A stretch of 64,000 nucleotides of DNA from Candidatus Falkowbacteria bacterium (GTDB taxonomy: Bacteria; Patescibacteriota; Patescibacteriia; UBA11705; JABHMO01): the NCBI GenBank assembly GCA_018674305.1, contig JABHAL010000004.1:256446-320445 (forward strand). The letters are read 5' to 3'. Position 1 is the first letter of the stretch. Each line of letters starts with the position of its first letter. Made by a program: the position numbers and the translations under genes. The notes under the pieces were generated by a model. That model ran no database searches, was not told where the DNA came from, and saw only the letters and a list, made by a program, of their open reading frames with translations. Below are positions 10,385-21,426 of this stretch, one piece after another.

Positions 10385-10675
10385 CATGAATCATTCCAAA
10401 ATCTATCACAAAGGCTTCTGTTAAAACAGAGGCTTTTTTTATTTAATTTTACACAAAATGTTATCCACAAAAATGTTCTATTGACAGGTACATGATAATT
10501 TGATAGTCTATTTATAACTAATCTTCATTAACCCTCAGGAAGACTTAGTCTTGCGATTGGAGAGTCGGGGACTTTAGGTTTTCACTAAACTACATGCTAG
10601 AGGGCTTAGATTTCCACAATTTGATAAATTAATAACAATAATCCCCGTTCCGTCCCGGGAGGGGGAGTGTTTTTT

Positions 10676-13600
10676 ATGTCTAAAAATATTGAACCAAGAA
10701 AGTACTTTTCTGACTTTTACAAATTCGACTTACCGGATTTGATTGAAATTCAAAAAAATTCCTACGATTGGTTTATGCAACAAGGTCTACGTGAACTGTT
10801 GCATGAGCTTTCACCGATCATTGATATTTCAGATAAAGGCCTGCAATTATCATTTGATGACTATTATCTAGATGAGCCAAAGTTTGATGAAGTAACCTGC
10901 AAGGAAAAAAATGTTACTTATGAGGCACCACTTAGAGTTAAGGTTTCTTTGCATAATACAAAGACCAAGAAAAAGGATGCACAAGAAATATTTTTAGGTG
11001 ACTTCCCTCTAATGACAGATAGAGGAACTTTCATTGTAAATGGAATTGAAAGAGTGGTTGTTTCTCAGATTATCCGTTCTGCTGGTGTGTTTTTTACTTC
11101 AAATTTTGTTCGTGAGAAAAACCGAGTTTTTTATGGAGCTAAGATCATCCCAAATCGTGGAGCATGGTTGGAGTTTGAAACTGATGCTAATAATGTAGTT
11201 TGGGTAAAGATTGATCGTAAAAGAAAAGTTGCTGCCACTTCATTATTACGTGCTTTTGGTGTTGATACAGATGCTGAGATTCTTAGTTTATTCAAGGACG
11301 TAGAAACTCATCCAGATATTAAATATATTGAGGCAACTCTTGCCAAGGATGCATCAAAAACTCAGGATGAAGGTTTAATTGAAGTTTATAAAAGAATTCG
11401 TCCAGGTGATATGGCAACAGCTGAAAATGCTAAGTCACTTATTTTTGCGATGTTTTTCAATTTTGACAGATATGATTTTGCTAATGTAGGAAGATACAAA
11501 TTAAACCAAAGATTTAATACAGAATATCCTTTAACTGAAGAACACCGATTCCTTAAAATTGAGGACGTAGTAAATGTTATTAAAGAAATTGTTAGATTAA
11601 ATATTACCCAGGATCCAGCTGATGATATCGATCATTTAGGAAATAGAAGAATTCGAGCTATTGGCGAATTGATTCAGAACAAGTTTAGAGTTGGTCTTGC
11701 TCGAATGGAAAGAATTGTTAAGGATAGAATGAGTACAATGGATCCTACAACTTTGACATCTTCAAAGTTGATTAATGCTCGGCCTGTTATTGGAGTAGTT
11801 CGAGAGTTTTTTATGTCTTCTCAGTTGTCTCAGTTCATGGACCAAACTAATCCTTTGGCTGAATTGGAACATAAGCGTCGAATCTCTGCTATGGGACCAG
11901 GTGGTTTATCTCGTGAACGTGCTGGATTTGAAGTTCGTGATGTGCATACCACTCATTATGGTAGAATTTGTCCAATTGAAACGCCAGAAGGTCCAAATAT
12001 TGGGTTAGTTGGTCATTTAGCTTCACATGCCCGTGTTAATAATTATGGTTTTATTGAAACCCCATATTTAAAAGTTAAACATAAGGTAACTAAAGACTTA
12101 AAAGATCCAAAGACTGGTGATGTTTTATTCAAAAAGGGGCAGGATGTAACTGGTTTGTCTTTGGAGCAAAGTTCAATCCCAACCAATGAAATAAGAGATA
12201 ATGTTGAAACTCGATTAACTGATAAAGTTGAATATTTAAATGCATTAAAAGAAGAAAAAACAATTACTACTTCATTTACTTCTGCCGTCGATAAAAATGG
12301 TAGATTTGAGAATGAGAAACTTGACACTCGGCATTTTGGGAAGCCAACAATTGATTATACGTATAATATTGATTACATGGATGTGTCTTCTAATCAGATT
12401 GTGAGCGTAGCTACTTCTTTAATTCCCTTTTTAGAACATGATGATGCTGTACGTGCATTGATGGGATCAAACATGCAACGTCAAGCGGTTCCTTGTGTTA
12501 AACCTCAATCACCTATTGTCGGTACAGGTATGGAGAGTGTTGCTGCTCGTGATTCTGGTCATGTGGTTTTGGCCGAAGCTGATGGTGAGGTAACTGCAGT
12601 TCAGGGAGATAAGGTTGAGATGTTAACTAAGAAAGGCGAAGTAAAAGTATACAACTTGAATAAATTTGTATGTTCCAATGCCTCAACAAGTATAAATCAA
12701 CGACCGATTTGTGATGTTGGAGATAAAGTAAAAAAGGGCCAAGTTTTGGCGGATGGTCCAGCTATTCAGAATGGAGAATTAGCACTTGGGCAGAATGCAC
12801 TAGTTGCTTATATGGCATGGGGTGGCTATAACTATGAGGATGCGATCATTGTTTCAGAGAACATGGTACGTGATGATCGTTTTTCTTCAGTACATATTGA
12901 AAATTATACAATTGATGTCCGTGATACTAAACTAGGTTCAGAAATGGTCACTGCTGACATCCCAAATATTAGTGAAGAAAAATTAAAAAATCTTGACGCT
13001 GAAGGTGTTGTCCGGATTGGAGCAACTGTTAAGTCCGGTGATATTTTAGTAGGAAAAATTACACCTAAGGGAGAAACTGAACTTTCAGCAGAAGAAAAAT
13101 TATTAAAAGCTATCTTTGGTGAAAAGGCTAGAGATGTGCGTGACACTTCATTACGGTTAGAACATGGTGAACATGGTAAGGTTGTAGATATTAAAATTTT
13201 CTCTCAAGAAAATGGTGATAAATTATCACCAGGTATAATAAAGTCAATTCAGATTACAATTGCTAATTTGAGAAAGATTCAAGTAGGTGATAAATTGGCT
13301 GGTCGACATGGTAATAAAGGTGTTATATCAAAGATTGTGCCGCTTGAAGACCTACCTTTCATGGAAGATGGTACACCGGTAGATGTTATTTTGACTCCAC
13401 TTGGAATTGCGTCACGTATGAACTTGGGGCAAATTCTAGAGACACATTTAGGACTAGCTGCAGATAAACTTGGCTATAAAGCTGCTACTCCAGTTTTGAA
13501 TGGTATTCATGAAGATCAGATAAAAGAAGAATTGGTCAAAGCAGGATTTCCTGAAGATGGACAATTGACTTTATATAATGGTCAGACGGGAGAACAATTC

Positions 13601-14020
13601 GAAAATAAAGTAACTGTTGGTTATAACTATATTATAAAACTTAATCATATGGTTGAGGACAAGATCCATCAGCGGTCAATTGGTCCTTACTCATTGATTA
13701 CCCAACAGCCTCTTGGTGGTAAAGCTCAATTTGGTGGTCAACGTTTTGGAGAAATGGAAGTTTGGGCGTTGGAAGGTTATGGTTGTGCCCACACCTTGCA
13801 AGAGATTTTAACGATCAAATCGGATGATGTTTTGGGTCGTGCAAAAGCGTATGAGTCGATTATTAAGGGAGAGCCTATAAAAAGATTAAATGTCCCAGAG
13901 TCTTTCAATGTATTGGTTCGTGAACTGAAAGGTTTATGCTTAGATGTTGAACTGTTGAAAGATGGAAAAAGGATTAAAGTTGACGAAAAAGACTTTGAGG
14001 ATAAAAAAACTAAAAAATAA
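10676..14020 (+). CDS. rpoB: DNA-directed RNA polymerase subunit beta
   Basis: SQLSQFMDQTNPL, GRICPIETPEGPNIG, GDKLAGRHGNKG, GGQRFGEME. Start is ATG 10676 or GTG 10667. Confidence 0.98.
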   Translation: MSKNIEPRKYFSDFYKFDLPDLIEIQKNSYDWFMQQGLRELLHELSPIIDISDKGLQLSFDDYYLDEPKFDEVTCKEKNVTYEAPLRVKVSLHNTKTKKKDAQEIFLGDFPLMTDRGTFIVNGIERVVVSQIIRSAGVFFTSNFVREKNRVFYGAKIIPNRGAWLEFETDANNVVWVKIDRKRKVAATSLLRAFGVDTDAEILSLFKDVETHPDIKYIEATLAKDASKTQDEGLIEVYKRIRPGDMATAENAKSLIFAMFFNFDRYDFANVGRYKLNQRFNTEYPLTEEHRFLKIEDVVNVIKEIVRLNITQDPADDIDHLGNRRIRAIGELIQNKFRVGLARMERIVKDRMSTMDPTTLTSSKLINARPVIGVVREFFMSSQLSQFMDQTNPLAELEHKRRISAMGPGGLSRERAGFEVRDVHTTHYGRICPIETPEGPNIGLVGHLASHARVNNYGFIETPYLKVKHKVTKDLKDPKTGDVLFKKGQDVTGLSLEQSSIPTNEIRDNVETRLTDKVEYLNALKEEKTITTSFTSAVDKNGRFENEKLDTRHFGKPTIDYTYNIDYMDVSSNQIVSVATSLIPFLEHDDAVRALMGSNMQRQAVPCVKPQSPIVGTGMESVAARDSGHVVLAEADGEVTAVQGDKVEMLTKKGEVKVYNLNKFVCSNASTSINQRPICDVGDKVKKGQVLADGPAIQNGELALGQNALVAYMAWGGYNYEDAIIVSENMVRDDRFSSVHIENYTIDVRDTKLGSEMVTADIPNISEEKLKNLDAEGVVRIGATVKSGDILVGKITPKGETELSAEEKLLKAIFGEKARDVRDTSLRLEHGEHGKVVDIKIFSQENGDKLSPGIIKSIQITIANLRKIQVGDKLAGRHGNKGVISKIVPLEDLPFMEDGTPVDVILTPLGIASRMNLGQILETHLGLAADKLGYKAATPVLNGIHEDQIKEELVKAGFPEDGQLTLYNGQTGEQFENKVTVGYNYIIKLNHMVEDKIHQRSIGPYSLITQQPLGGKAQFGGQRFGEMEVWALEGYGCAHTLQEILTIKSDDVLGRAKAYESIIKGEPIKRLNVPESFNVLVRELKGLCLDVELLKDGKRIKVDEKDFEDKKTKK

Positions 14021-14021
14021 T

Positions 14022-14100
14022 ATACATATAACATGTAACATGTGACATGTAACATCAATTTTAGTGGTGATACATGATACATGATATATGATACATGATT
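14022..14100. repeat. Heptamer repeats (acatgta/atacatg) filling the rpoB-rpoC spacer
   Basis: acatgtaacatgtgacatgtaacat ... gatacatgatacatgatatatgatacatga. Confidence 0.7.
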
Positions 14101-14107
14101 ATAAAAT

Positions 14108-17100
14108 ATGGGTTTAGAAAGCTTAAAGATAAATGACTTTGATGCAATCCGTCTTAAGTTGGCCTCACCAAGTGATATTCATGAATGGTCACACGGCGAA
14201 GTTGTTCGGCCAGAAACTATTAACTATCGTACTCAGAAGCCAGAAAAAGATGGTTTGTTTTGCGAGAAAATTTTTGGTCCGAGTAAGGATTGGGAATGTT
14301 ATTGTGGTAAATATAAAAAAATTCGATATAAGGGAATTGTTTGTGATAAATGTGGTGTTGAAGTGACTCGTGCAGTTGTGAGACGTCAGCGAATGGGCCA
14401 TATTGATTTGGCAGTGCCAGTTTCGCATATTTGGTTTTTAAGAGGAATCCCCTCAAAGATTGGTCTAATTTTAGATTTGTCGATACAAAGATTAGAAAAA
14501 GTTATTTATTTTGCCAATTTTATTGTCACTGATGTTGAAGAAAATCTAAGAAAAGAAGAGGTTGAAAAGGTAAAAAAGGAATTCATCTCAAAGCAAAAAT
14601 CTTATGCTGCTCAGTTAAATCAAAAAGTTGAATTGATCAAAGCTAATGATGAAATGAAGAGTGCTGACAAAAAACAAGCAATTAAACAATCAACGGAAGA
14701 AAATCAAGTTTTGTTAGAGGAACTACAAGAAGATTTTAGTGATGCAGAAAAGGAATTAAAAGAATTAAAACCATTGAAAATTATTTCTGAAATTGAGTAT
14801 CATGATTTGTCATTAAAATATGGACATGTGTTTGAGGCTGCGATTGGAGCTGAAGCTATTCGCAAGCTTTTGGAAAGAGTTGATTTGAAAAAGTTGGTTA
14901 CTGAATTAGATTCTGAGTTGAGCACAGATAAAAGTGCAGGAAAAAAGAAATTGATTAACAGGGCTAAGTTGCTTAAGAGTTTACTTCGTAATAAAATCAA
15001 GCCAGAACAAATGATTTTGACGGTTATACCCGTTATCCCTCCAGATCTAAGGCCGATGGTACCACTTGACGGTGGTCGTTATGCAACCTCAGATTTAAAT
15101 GATTTATATAGACGAGTAATTTCTAGAAATAATCGTTTACGTCGTTTGAAAGAATTGAATGCCCCAGAAGTTATTATTAGAAATGAAAAACGAATGCTAC
15201 AAGAAGCTGTTGATGCTCTAATTGATAATTCTGCGAGACAAAGTAAAACAACAACTGCTTCAACTGGTCAAAAAAGAAAATTGAAATCGATTGCTGATTA
15301 TTTAAAAGGTAAAAGAGGTCGGTTTAGACAAAATTTACTTGGTAAGCGTATTGATTATTCTGGGCGTAGTGTAATTGTTATTGGTCCTGATTTAAGATTA
15401 CATCAATGTGGCTTGCCAAAGAAGATGGCTTTGGAATTATTTAAACCTTTTGTTATTAGTGAATTGATTAAACGAGAATACGTACATAATATTCGAAGCG
15501 CTAATCGTTTTATTGAAGCTGACCGAGCAGAAGTTTGGGATATTTTAGAAAATATCATTAAAGATGCTCATGTCTTATTAAATCGTGCTCCAACCTTGCA
15601 TCGTTTAGGAATTCAAGCTTTTCAGCCAGTTTTAATTGAGGGAAGGGCTATTCAATTGCATCCATTAGTATGTTCAGCTTTTAATGCTGACTTTGATGGT
15701 GATCAAATGGCAGTACATGTACCTTTAACGGAAGAAGCAAAAACTGAGGCTCGTGAACGTATGTTGTCAAGTAAGAATTTGCTCAAACCGGCAACAGGTA
15801 ATTCAATTACCACTCCAACTATGGATATGGTTTGGGGCGCTTTTCATGTGACTTACATGACTAAGGAAGATGGGCCAATTAAAATGTTTTCCACTGTAGA
15901 AGAAGCCAAGATCGCCTATGATCTTCGCAAGATTACATTGAAACAACCAATTAAAATACAGGTAAATAAAAATGAATTAGGAAAGAAGATAAAGGAAGAA
16001 ACGTTTGAAACATGTTTGGGTCGAGTTTTGTTCAATAATTTACTGCCTGATAAAATTCCATTTTACAATGAAGTGATTGATAAAAAGAAGATGGCTGCTA
16101 TTGTTCAATTGTGTTTAGAGTTTTATGGATTTGATGAAACAGCTGAAGTTTTGGATGCAATTAAAGATTTTGGTTTCAAGCAATTAACTAAGTCTGGCTA
16201 TTCATGGGGAATGGGTGATTTACCTGAGGTTAAAGGCAAAGGAGAATTAGTTCAAAAAGGTCTTAAGTCCGTTGAAGAAGTTCAAGTTCAGTATGAAGAG
16301 GGTCTTTTGACTAATGATGAACGTTATAGCAAGATTATTGAGACTTGGACCAAGATCAAAGACGAGGTTACTGCACAAAGTCAAAATGTTTTACCAGACG
16401 GAGGTCCGGTTTTCACTATGATTAGTTCAGGTGCTCGTGGTTCTTGGGGACAGTTAACTCAGATGCTCGGAATGAAAGGGCTAGTAACTAATCCAGCTGG
16501 ACAAATTATTGAATTGCCAGTTAAGGCGAATTTTAAGGAAGGATTTACAGCTTTAGAATATTATATTTCAACTCATGGTACTCGAAAAGGTTTGTCTGAT
16601 ACTGCTCTTCGAACTGCTAATGCTGGATATTTAACCAGGCGTTTAGTTGATGTAGCTCAAGACGTAGTTGTACTGAAAGATGATTGTGGTGATGATGTTG
16701 GTCGAGTTATTACTCGTGAAAATAGTGATAAAATGAATTTGAATTTCATAGAGCGAATTACTGGTCGATATCTTATTGACCCAATTAGAAATGAAAAGAC
16801 TGGCCGAGTTGCAGTTAAAGCAGGCGAATTGATTACTCACGAGATTGCTAGAAAATTAGAAAAAATTCAATTTGAATCTGCGAAAATTCGTTCAATGCTT
16901 ACTTGCCGATTTGATAAAGGTGCTTGTCGAAAATGCTACGGCTATGACCTTGCTTATAATCAGCCAGTTGAATTGGGAACTGCTGTAGGTATTATTGCAG
17001 CGCAGAGTATTGGTGAGCCTGGAACTCAGCTAACAATGAGAACCTTCCATACTGGTGGTGTAGCTGGTGGTGATGATATTACTCAGGGGTTACCTCGAGT

Positions 17101-18025
17101 AGAAGAAATTTTTGAGTCTCGTCCGCCAAAGAAAAAAGCTTTAATCGCTGAAGTTGGTGGTTTGGTTTCAATTGAGGAACAGGCTAGAACTATAATGGGT
17201 CCAAAAGGTGAAATTATTGCTAAGACATCATTTGGTCAAAGAATTTTGAAAATTCGTTATGACGAAAAAGAAGAAGATGTTTACAAAATAAAAGAAGGCT
17301 TCACAATCAAGGTAAAAGAAGGTGCCTTGGTTAATGAAAAGGAAACCTTGTATATTGATGATAAGAAGAAAAAGATAAAGTCCAAGCGCCACGGCACAGC
17401 CAAGATTGAAGAAGGTGTTTTGAGAATTGTGACTGAGATTGATAGTGAAAAAGAATATATCATTCCACCAGGAACAGTCGTCTGGGTAAAAGATGGTGAT
17501 TTGATTGAAAAGGGAGCTCAGTTGACTGAGGGGAGTTTGGAATTAGCGCAGTTATATAAAATTAGTGGACGTAATGCTGTGCAAGATTATATTATTAAGG
17601 AAATTCAGTATATTTATTCTTCTCAGGGTCAAAAGTTAAATGATAAACATGTGGAATTAATTTGTCGACAGATGTTTTCTCGTGTTTATATAACTGATTC
17701 CGGTGATACTGATCTATTAGAAGGTGAGATTTCGGAAAAAGCAAGTTTTGTTAAAGCTAATGAAGCTTTGAAAAAAGGTGAGAAACCAGCAACAGCAGAT
17801 GAGATTTTCCTAGGAATTTCCAAGATTTCTCTATCTACTAGTAGCTTTTTGTCAGCTGCTTCTTTTCAGGAAACTGCCAAAGTTTTAATCAATGCTGCAG
17901 TCACTGGTAGAATTGATCATCTAGAGGGTCTAAAAGAAAATGTTATTATTGGTCGATTGATTCCAGCTGGTACAGGGTTTAAACATTATCATAAAGATAC
18001 AGAGAAAAAAGAAGTAAAGAAATGA
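14108..18025 (+). CDS. rpoC: DNA-directed RNA polymerase subunit beta'
   Basis: Zinc-binding CYCGKY..CDKC, NADFDGD, GEPGTQLTMRTFH, GLKENVIIG. Confidence 0.98.
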   Translation: MGLESLKINDFDAIRLKLASPSDIHEWSHGEVVRPETINYRTQKPEKDGLFCEKIFGPSKDWECYCGKYKKIRYKGIVCDKCGVEVTRAVVRRQRMGHIDLAVPVSHIWFLRGIPSKIGLILDLSIQRLEKVIYFANFIVTDVEENLRKEEVEKVKKEFISKQKSYAAQLNQKVELIKANDEMKSADKKQAIKQSTEENQVLLEELQEDFSDAEKELKELKPLKIISEIEYHDLSLKYGHVFEAAIGAEAIRKLLERVDLKKLVTELDSELSTDKSAGKKKLINRAKLLKSLLRNKIKPEQMILTVIPVIPPDLRPMVPLDGGRYATSDLNDLYRRVISRNNRLRRLKELNAPEVIIRNEKRMLQEAVDALIDNSARQSKTTTASTGQKRKLKSIADYLKGKRGRFRQNLLGKRIDYSGRSVIVIGPDLRLHQCGLPKKMALELFKPFVISELIKREYVHNIRSANRFIEADRAEVWDILENIIKDAHVLLNRAPTLHRLGIQAFQPVLIEGRAIQLHPLVCSAFNADFDGDQMAVHVPLTEEAKTEARERMLSSKNLLKPATGNSITTPTMDMVWGAFHVTYMTKEDGPIKMFSTVEEAKIAYDLRKITLKQPIKIQVNKNELGKKIKEETFETCLGRVLFNNLLPDKIPFYNEVIDKKKMAAIVQLCLEFYGFDETAEVLDAIKDFGFKQLTKSGYSWGMGDLPEVKGKGELVQKGLKSVEEVQVQYEEGLLTNDERYSKIIETWTKIKDEVTAQSQNVLPDGGPVFTMISSGARGSWGQLTQMLGMKGLVTNPAGQIIELPVKANFKEGFTALEYYISTHGTRKGLSDTALRTANAGYLTRRLVDVAQDVVVLKDDCGDDVGRVITRENSDKMNLNFIERITGRYLIDPIRNEKTGRVAVKAGELITHEIARKLEKIQFESAKIRSMLTCRFDKGACRKCYGYDLAYNQPVELGTAVGIIAAQSIGEPGTQLTMRTFHTGGVAGGDDITQGLPRVEEIFESRPPKKKALIAEVGGLVSIEEQARTIMGPKGEIIAKTSFGQRILKIRYDEKEEDVYKIKEGFTIKVKEGALVNEKETLYIDDKKKKIKSKRHGTAKIEEGVLRIVTEIDSEKEYIIPPGTVVWVKDGDLIEKGAQLTEGSLELAQLYKISGRNAVQDYIIKEIQYIYSSQGQKLNDKHVELICRQMFSRVYITDSGDTDLLEGEISEKASFVKANEALKKGEKPATADEIFLGISKISLSTSSFLSAASFQETAKVLINAAVTGRIDHLEGLKENVIIGRLIPAGTGFKHYHKDTEKKEVKK

Positions 18026-18118
18026 TAATAATGTAGAGCGTAACATAATCACATACCAGGCATTGGCAATTACGTTGTTGCTATGTGATAAATGTTATGA
18101 GTTACGTATTTAGAAAGT

Positions 18119-20056
18119 ATGAACAAATACGGTATTATAAAAAATCTAGTTTTGTTTCTAATTGTATTCCTGTTTATTGCAAGTATTTTTAGTTTGTATA
18201 ATGTATCAGAAAAAGAGGTTGGTAAGATTGATATTCAGAAAATGGTACAGGAGATTAATGAAGAAAAAGTGCAAAAAATTGATGTTCAGGGAGACATGTT
18301 AAAGATAACCCTACTAGATGGTACAAATCAAGAATTAAAAAAAGAAACTTCTGAGTCATTGTCAGAGTTATTAAATAATTTTAGTATTTCGGAAGACAAG
18401 ATGAAGAAATTTGCCATTGAAGTTAAAGACGAAAGTGGTTTTAAATACTGGATGGGAGCTATTTTACCATTTTTAATTCCGCTTCTGTTTATCGGAGTGT
18501 TTCTTTGGTACATGCTACGTCAAGTTCAGGGTGCTAATAGTCGAGCCATGAGTTTTGGTCAGAGTCGAGCGCGAGAGGTTAAACAATCAGGTAAAGATAA
18601 AGTTACATTTAAGAATGTAGCAGGTGTTAAGGAAGCCAAAGAAGAACTTCAAGAGATTGTTGAATTTTTGAAATTCCCTAAAAAGTTTACCACCTTAGGT
18701 GCTAAAATTCCTAAAGGTGTTCTTTTAATGGGGTCACCTGGAACGGGTAAAACTCTTTTGGCAAAAGCGGTTGCGGGTGAGGCAGATGTGCCATTTTTTT
18801 CAATTTCAGGATCTGAATTTGTAGAAATGTTCGTCGGTGTTGGTGCTTCGCGTGTACGAGACTTATTCAAAAAGGCCAAAAAGAATTCACCATGTATAGT
18901 TTTTATTGATGAAATTGATGCGGTCGGTAGACAACGTGGTGCAGGACTAGGAGGTTCTCATGATGAGCGTGAGCAAACCTTGAATCAGATTTTAGTAGAA
19001 ATGGATGGCTTTGATCCACACGCTAATGTCATTGTCATGGCCGCAACGAATCGCCCAGATGTGCTTGATCCAGCTTTGCTTCGACCAGGAAGATTTGATC
19101 GGCGGGTGATATTAGAATTGCCAGATATAAATGATCGTGAAGAAATTCTAAAAGTACATTCTAAACAAAAACCTTTATCAAAAGATATAGACATGCGACG
19201 AGTTGCTGAGCGCACACCAGGTTTTTCTGGTGCAGACTTGGCAAACTTGTTTAACGAGGCTGCTATTTTAGCAGCACGCAGGGACAAGAAAAAGATTGAT
19301 CAAAAAGAATTGCTAGAGAGTATTGAAAAGGTTATGTTAGGTCCAGAGAGAAAAAGTCATATTTTGTCTGCTGCGGAAAAAAAGGTAACTGCAGTTCATG
19401 AAGCTGGTCATGCTCTAGTATCACATATTCTGCCTAATTCAGACCCTGTTCACAAAGTATCTATTATTTCTCGTGGTCGAGCAGCTGGCTATACAATGAA
19501 TTTACCTGAGAAAGATAAATATTTACATTCTAAATCAGAGTACATTGATAATTTAGCAGTGCTTTTGGCTGGTCATAAGGCAGAAAAACTTGAATTTGGT
19601 GAGGTTACAACTGGAGCTTCAAATGATCTTCAGCGAGCAACAGATTTAGCGCGCAGTTTAATTACCCAATATGGTATGAGTGATGATCTGGCTCCACGAA
19701 CCTATGGTGATAAAGACGAAATGATTTTCTTGGGTAGAGAAATTTCAGAAAAGAGAAATTATTCAGAAAAAGTAGCTGAACAAATAGATAGTGAAATAGA
19801 CAAGCTAGTTTTACAAGCAGCTCAAACAGCAGAGAAGGTAATTTCTGAAAACAAGGATAAAATGGAGAAAATAGTAAACGAATTATTAGAAAAGGAGAAA
19901 ATAGAAAAAGACGAATTCTTGTTTTTGGTTGATGGAATTAAACTTCCTGCCCCTAAAGATTCAAAAGATAAGAAGGACAAAGAAGATAAAGAAGCAACTT
20001 CTTCAGATGAATCCGAGGAAAAAAAGGAAATAAAAAAAGATAAAGAAAAAGCTTAA
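18119..20056 (+). CDS. ftsH: ATP-dependent zinc metalloprotease FtsH
   Basis: Two TM helices, [32 protein letters not shown]. Confidence 0.97.
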   Translation: MNKYGIIKNLVLFLIVFLFIASIFSLYNVSEKEVGKIDIQKMVQEINEEKVQKIDVQGDMLKITLLDGTNQELKKETSESLSELLNNFSISEDKMKKFAIEVKDESGFKYWMGAILPFLIPLLFIGVFLWYMLRQVQGANSRAMSFGQSRAREVKQSGKDKVTFKNVAGVKEAKEELQEIVEFLKFPKKFTTLGAKIPKGVLLMGSPGTGKTLLAKAVAGEADVPFFSISGSEFVEMFVGVGASRVRDLFKKAKKNSPCIVFIDEIDAVGRQRGAGLGGSHDEREQTLNQILVEMDGFDPHANVIVMAATNRPDVLDPALLRPGRFDRRVILELPDINDREEILKVHSKQKPLSKDIDMRRVAERTPGFSGADLANLFNEAAILAARRDKKKIDQKELLESIEKVMLGPERKSHILSAAEKKVTAVHEAGHALVSHILPNSDPVHKVSIISRGRAAGYTMNLPEKDKYLHSKSEYIDNLAVLLAGHKAEKLEFGEVTTGASNDLQRATDLARSLITQYGMSDDLAPRTYGDKDEMIFLGREISEKRNYSEKVAEQIDSEIDKLVLQAAQTAEKVISENKDKMEKIVNELLEKEKIEKDEFLFLVDGIKLPAPKDSKDKKDKEDKEATSSDESEEKKEIKKDKEKA

Positions 20057-20218
20057 TGTTCCCGGGATGGATTCGTTAAGTTCAGTATAGAAAATAGGCA
20101 TTCTTGTGGGGAGGTGCCTATTTTTGTTTTATTATTTAAAAGTATTAGTATGCTTGACAATAGGATTAATTTTAGTTAATGTATTTTGATGTTCATTTAA
20201 CTGAAAAGGAGGATATCT

Positions 20219-20725
20219 TTGGGAAATAAAAAATGTAATGAACCGGATTGTCAAAAGCAATCGCAAAATGGTTTTTTCGGTTATTGCGTGGCGCATGGTC
20301 GTGAACAGGGAATTACAAAAAAATCTAATCCTGAATGTAAAGAAATAGGTTGTAAAAAAGTAGCAGTTTTTGGATTTGAAAACTATTGCATCGCGCATGG
20401 TCGTGAATATGGGATTACAAAAAAATCTAATCCTGAATGCAAGGAAAAGGGCTGTCAGAAAAGAAAGAAAGGTGGTTTTAGTGGATATTGTATTGCTCAC
20501 GGACGAGAGTATGGAGTTACGAAAATAAGCAGCATCTTATGTAAAGAAGAGGGTTGTCAGAAAAGAAGGAAAAGTGGTTTTAATGGATATTGTGTTGCTC
20601 ACGGACGAGCGTATGGAATTACGAAAAGATCTACTGGTCCATGTAAAGAAAAGGGTTGTCAAAAAAGAAGGCAAAGTGGTTTTAATGGATATTGTATTGC
20701 GCATGGTCGTGAACATGATGTTTAA
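20219..20725 (+). CDS. Protein of five tandem 34-aa C-x4-C-x11-C-x2-H putative zinc fingers (WRKY19-like repeat)
   Basis: Repeats CxExxCxK...GFxxYCxAHGR; TTG start with AAGGAGG; promoter TTGACA 20154, 17 bp, TAATGT; terminator at about 20731-20759. Confidence 0.75.
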   Translation: MGNKKCNEPDCQKQSQNGFFGYCVAHGREQGITKKSNPECKEIGCKKVAVFGFENYCIAHGREYGITKKSNPECKEKGCQKRKKGGFSGYCIAHGREYGVTKISSILCKEEGCQKRRKSGFNGYCVAHGRAYGITKRSTGPCKEKGCQKRRQSGFNGYCIAHGREHDV

Positions 20726-20827
20726 AAAAATAAATCGGCAAAGCATTGCCGATTTTTTATTTGGATAAAATTTTGACATTAGTATGAAAGTGTAATAAAA
20801 TATCTTTAGTTAACGAAGGAGGCTCTC

Positions 20828-21136
20828 GTGAAAACTCAGGATATACTTTGGCGATTGAAAAACCTAGACGAATGGTTTAACGGAGACCAGTGGTGGAGGG
20901 AGCTTTTTAACACACACAAGAAGATAATTAAACAGGCTTGTTTAGATCTAGTAGATCGTTTAGAATTACTAGGATCTTTTTCAGATGCAATTTCTTCTAA
21001 ACAGTTTGCGGTTTTGTTTAATGGAGTTTTTCAGCCTGAACTGAGCATCCATCCTCATATGCAAGAGGAATTGATTGCTCTTTTGTTCAAGGATGATCAC
21101 AATTATCAAAAAGAGGTATGTGATTATTTACAATGA
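20828..21136 (+). CDS. Hypothetical protein
   Basis: GTG start with AAGGAGG, TTGACA upstream, terminator at about 21146-21172. Confidence 0.6.
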   Translation: MKTQDILWRLKNLDEWFNGDQWWRELFNTHKKIIKQACLDLVDRLELLGSFSDAISSKQFAVLFNGVFQPELSIHPHMQEELIALLFKDDHNYQKEVCDYLQ

Positions 21137-21177
21137 GATAGCAACAGCTCTGATCTAATCAGGGCTTTTTTTATTAA

Positions 21178-21256
21178 GGATTACGGATTTGTACGGATGT
21201 ACGGATTAATAAAGATGATTATTGTAGCTCTGTATATTCGTACAAATCAGTAATCC
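21178..21256. repeat. 28-bp imperfect inverted repeat built from tacgga units
   Basis: ggattacggatttgtacggatgtacgga ... tctgtatattcgtacaaatcagtaatcc. Confidence 0.7.
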
Positions 21257-21426
21257 GTCCTTGTTGATAATTAGCCACACAATATTTTCAGTAAACGCAC
21301 AAAATGTGCTATAATATAAATGCAAAATTTTATTAATAATTTTGGGTTTTAATTTTGTAATTTAAAAAAGAGGTATAAAGGTATTAATATATCTCCTTTA
21401 TCCCCTTTATCCCTTTTTAATTTTAT

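Noticed and set aside
13777-14082. 101-aa minus-strand ORF with LHVTCYML
   Set aside because: It is a translation of the heptamer repeats plus the antisense of rpoB.
20132-20779. Minus-strand repetitive ORFs
   Set aside because: They are shadow frames of the zinc-finger repeat gene.
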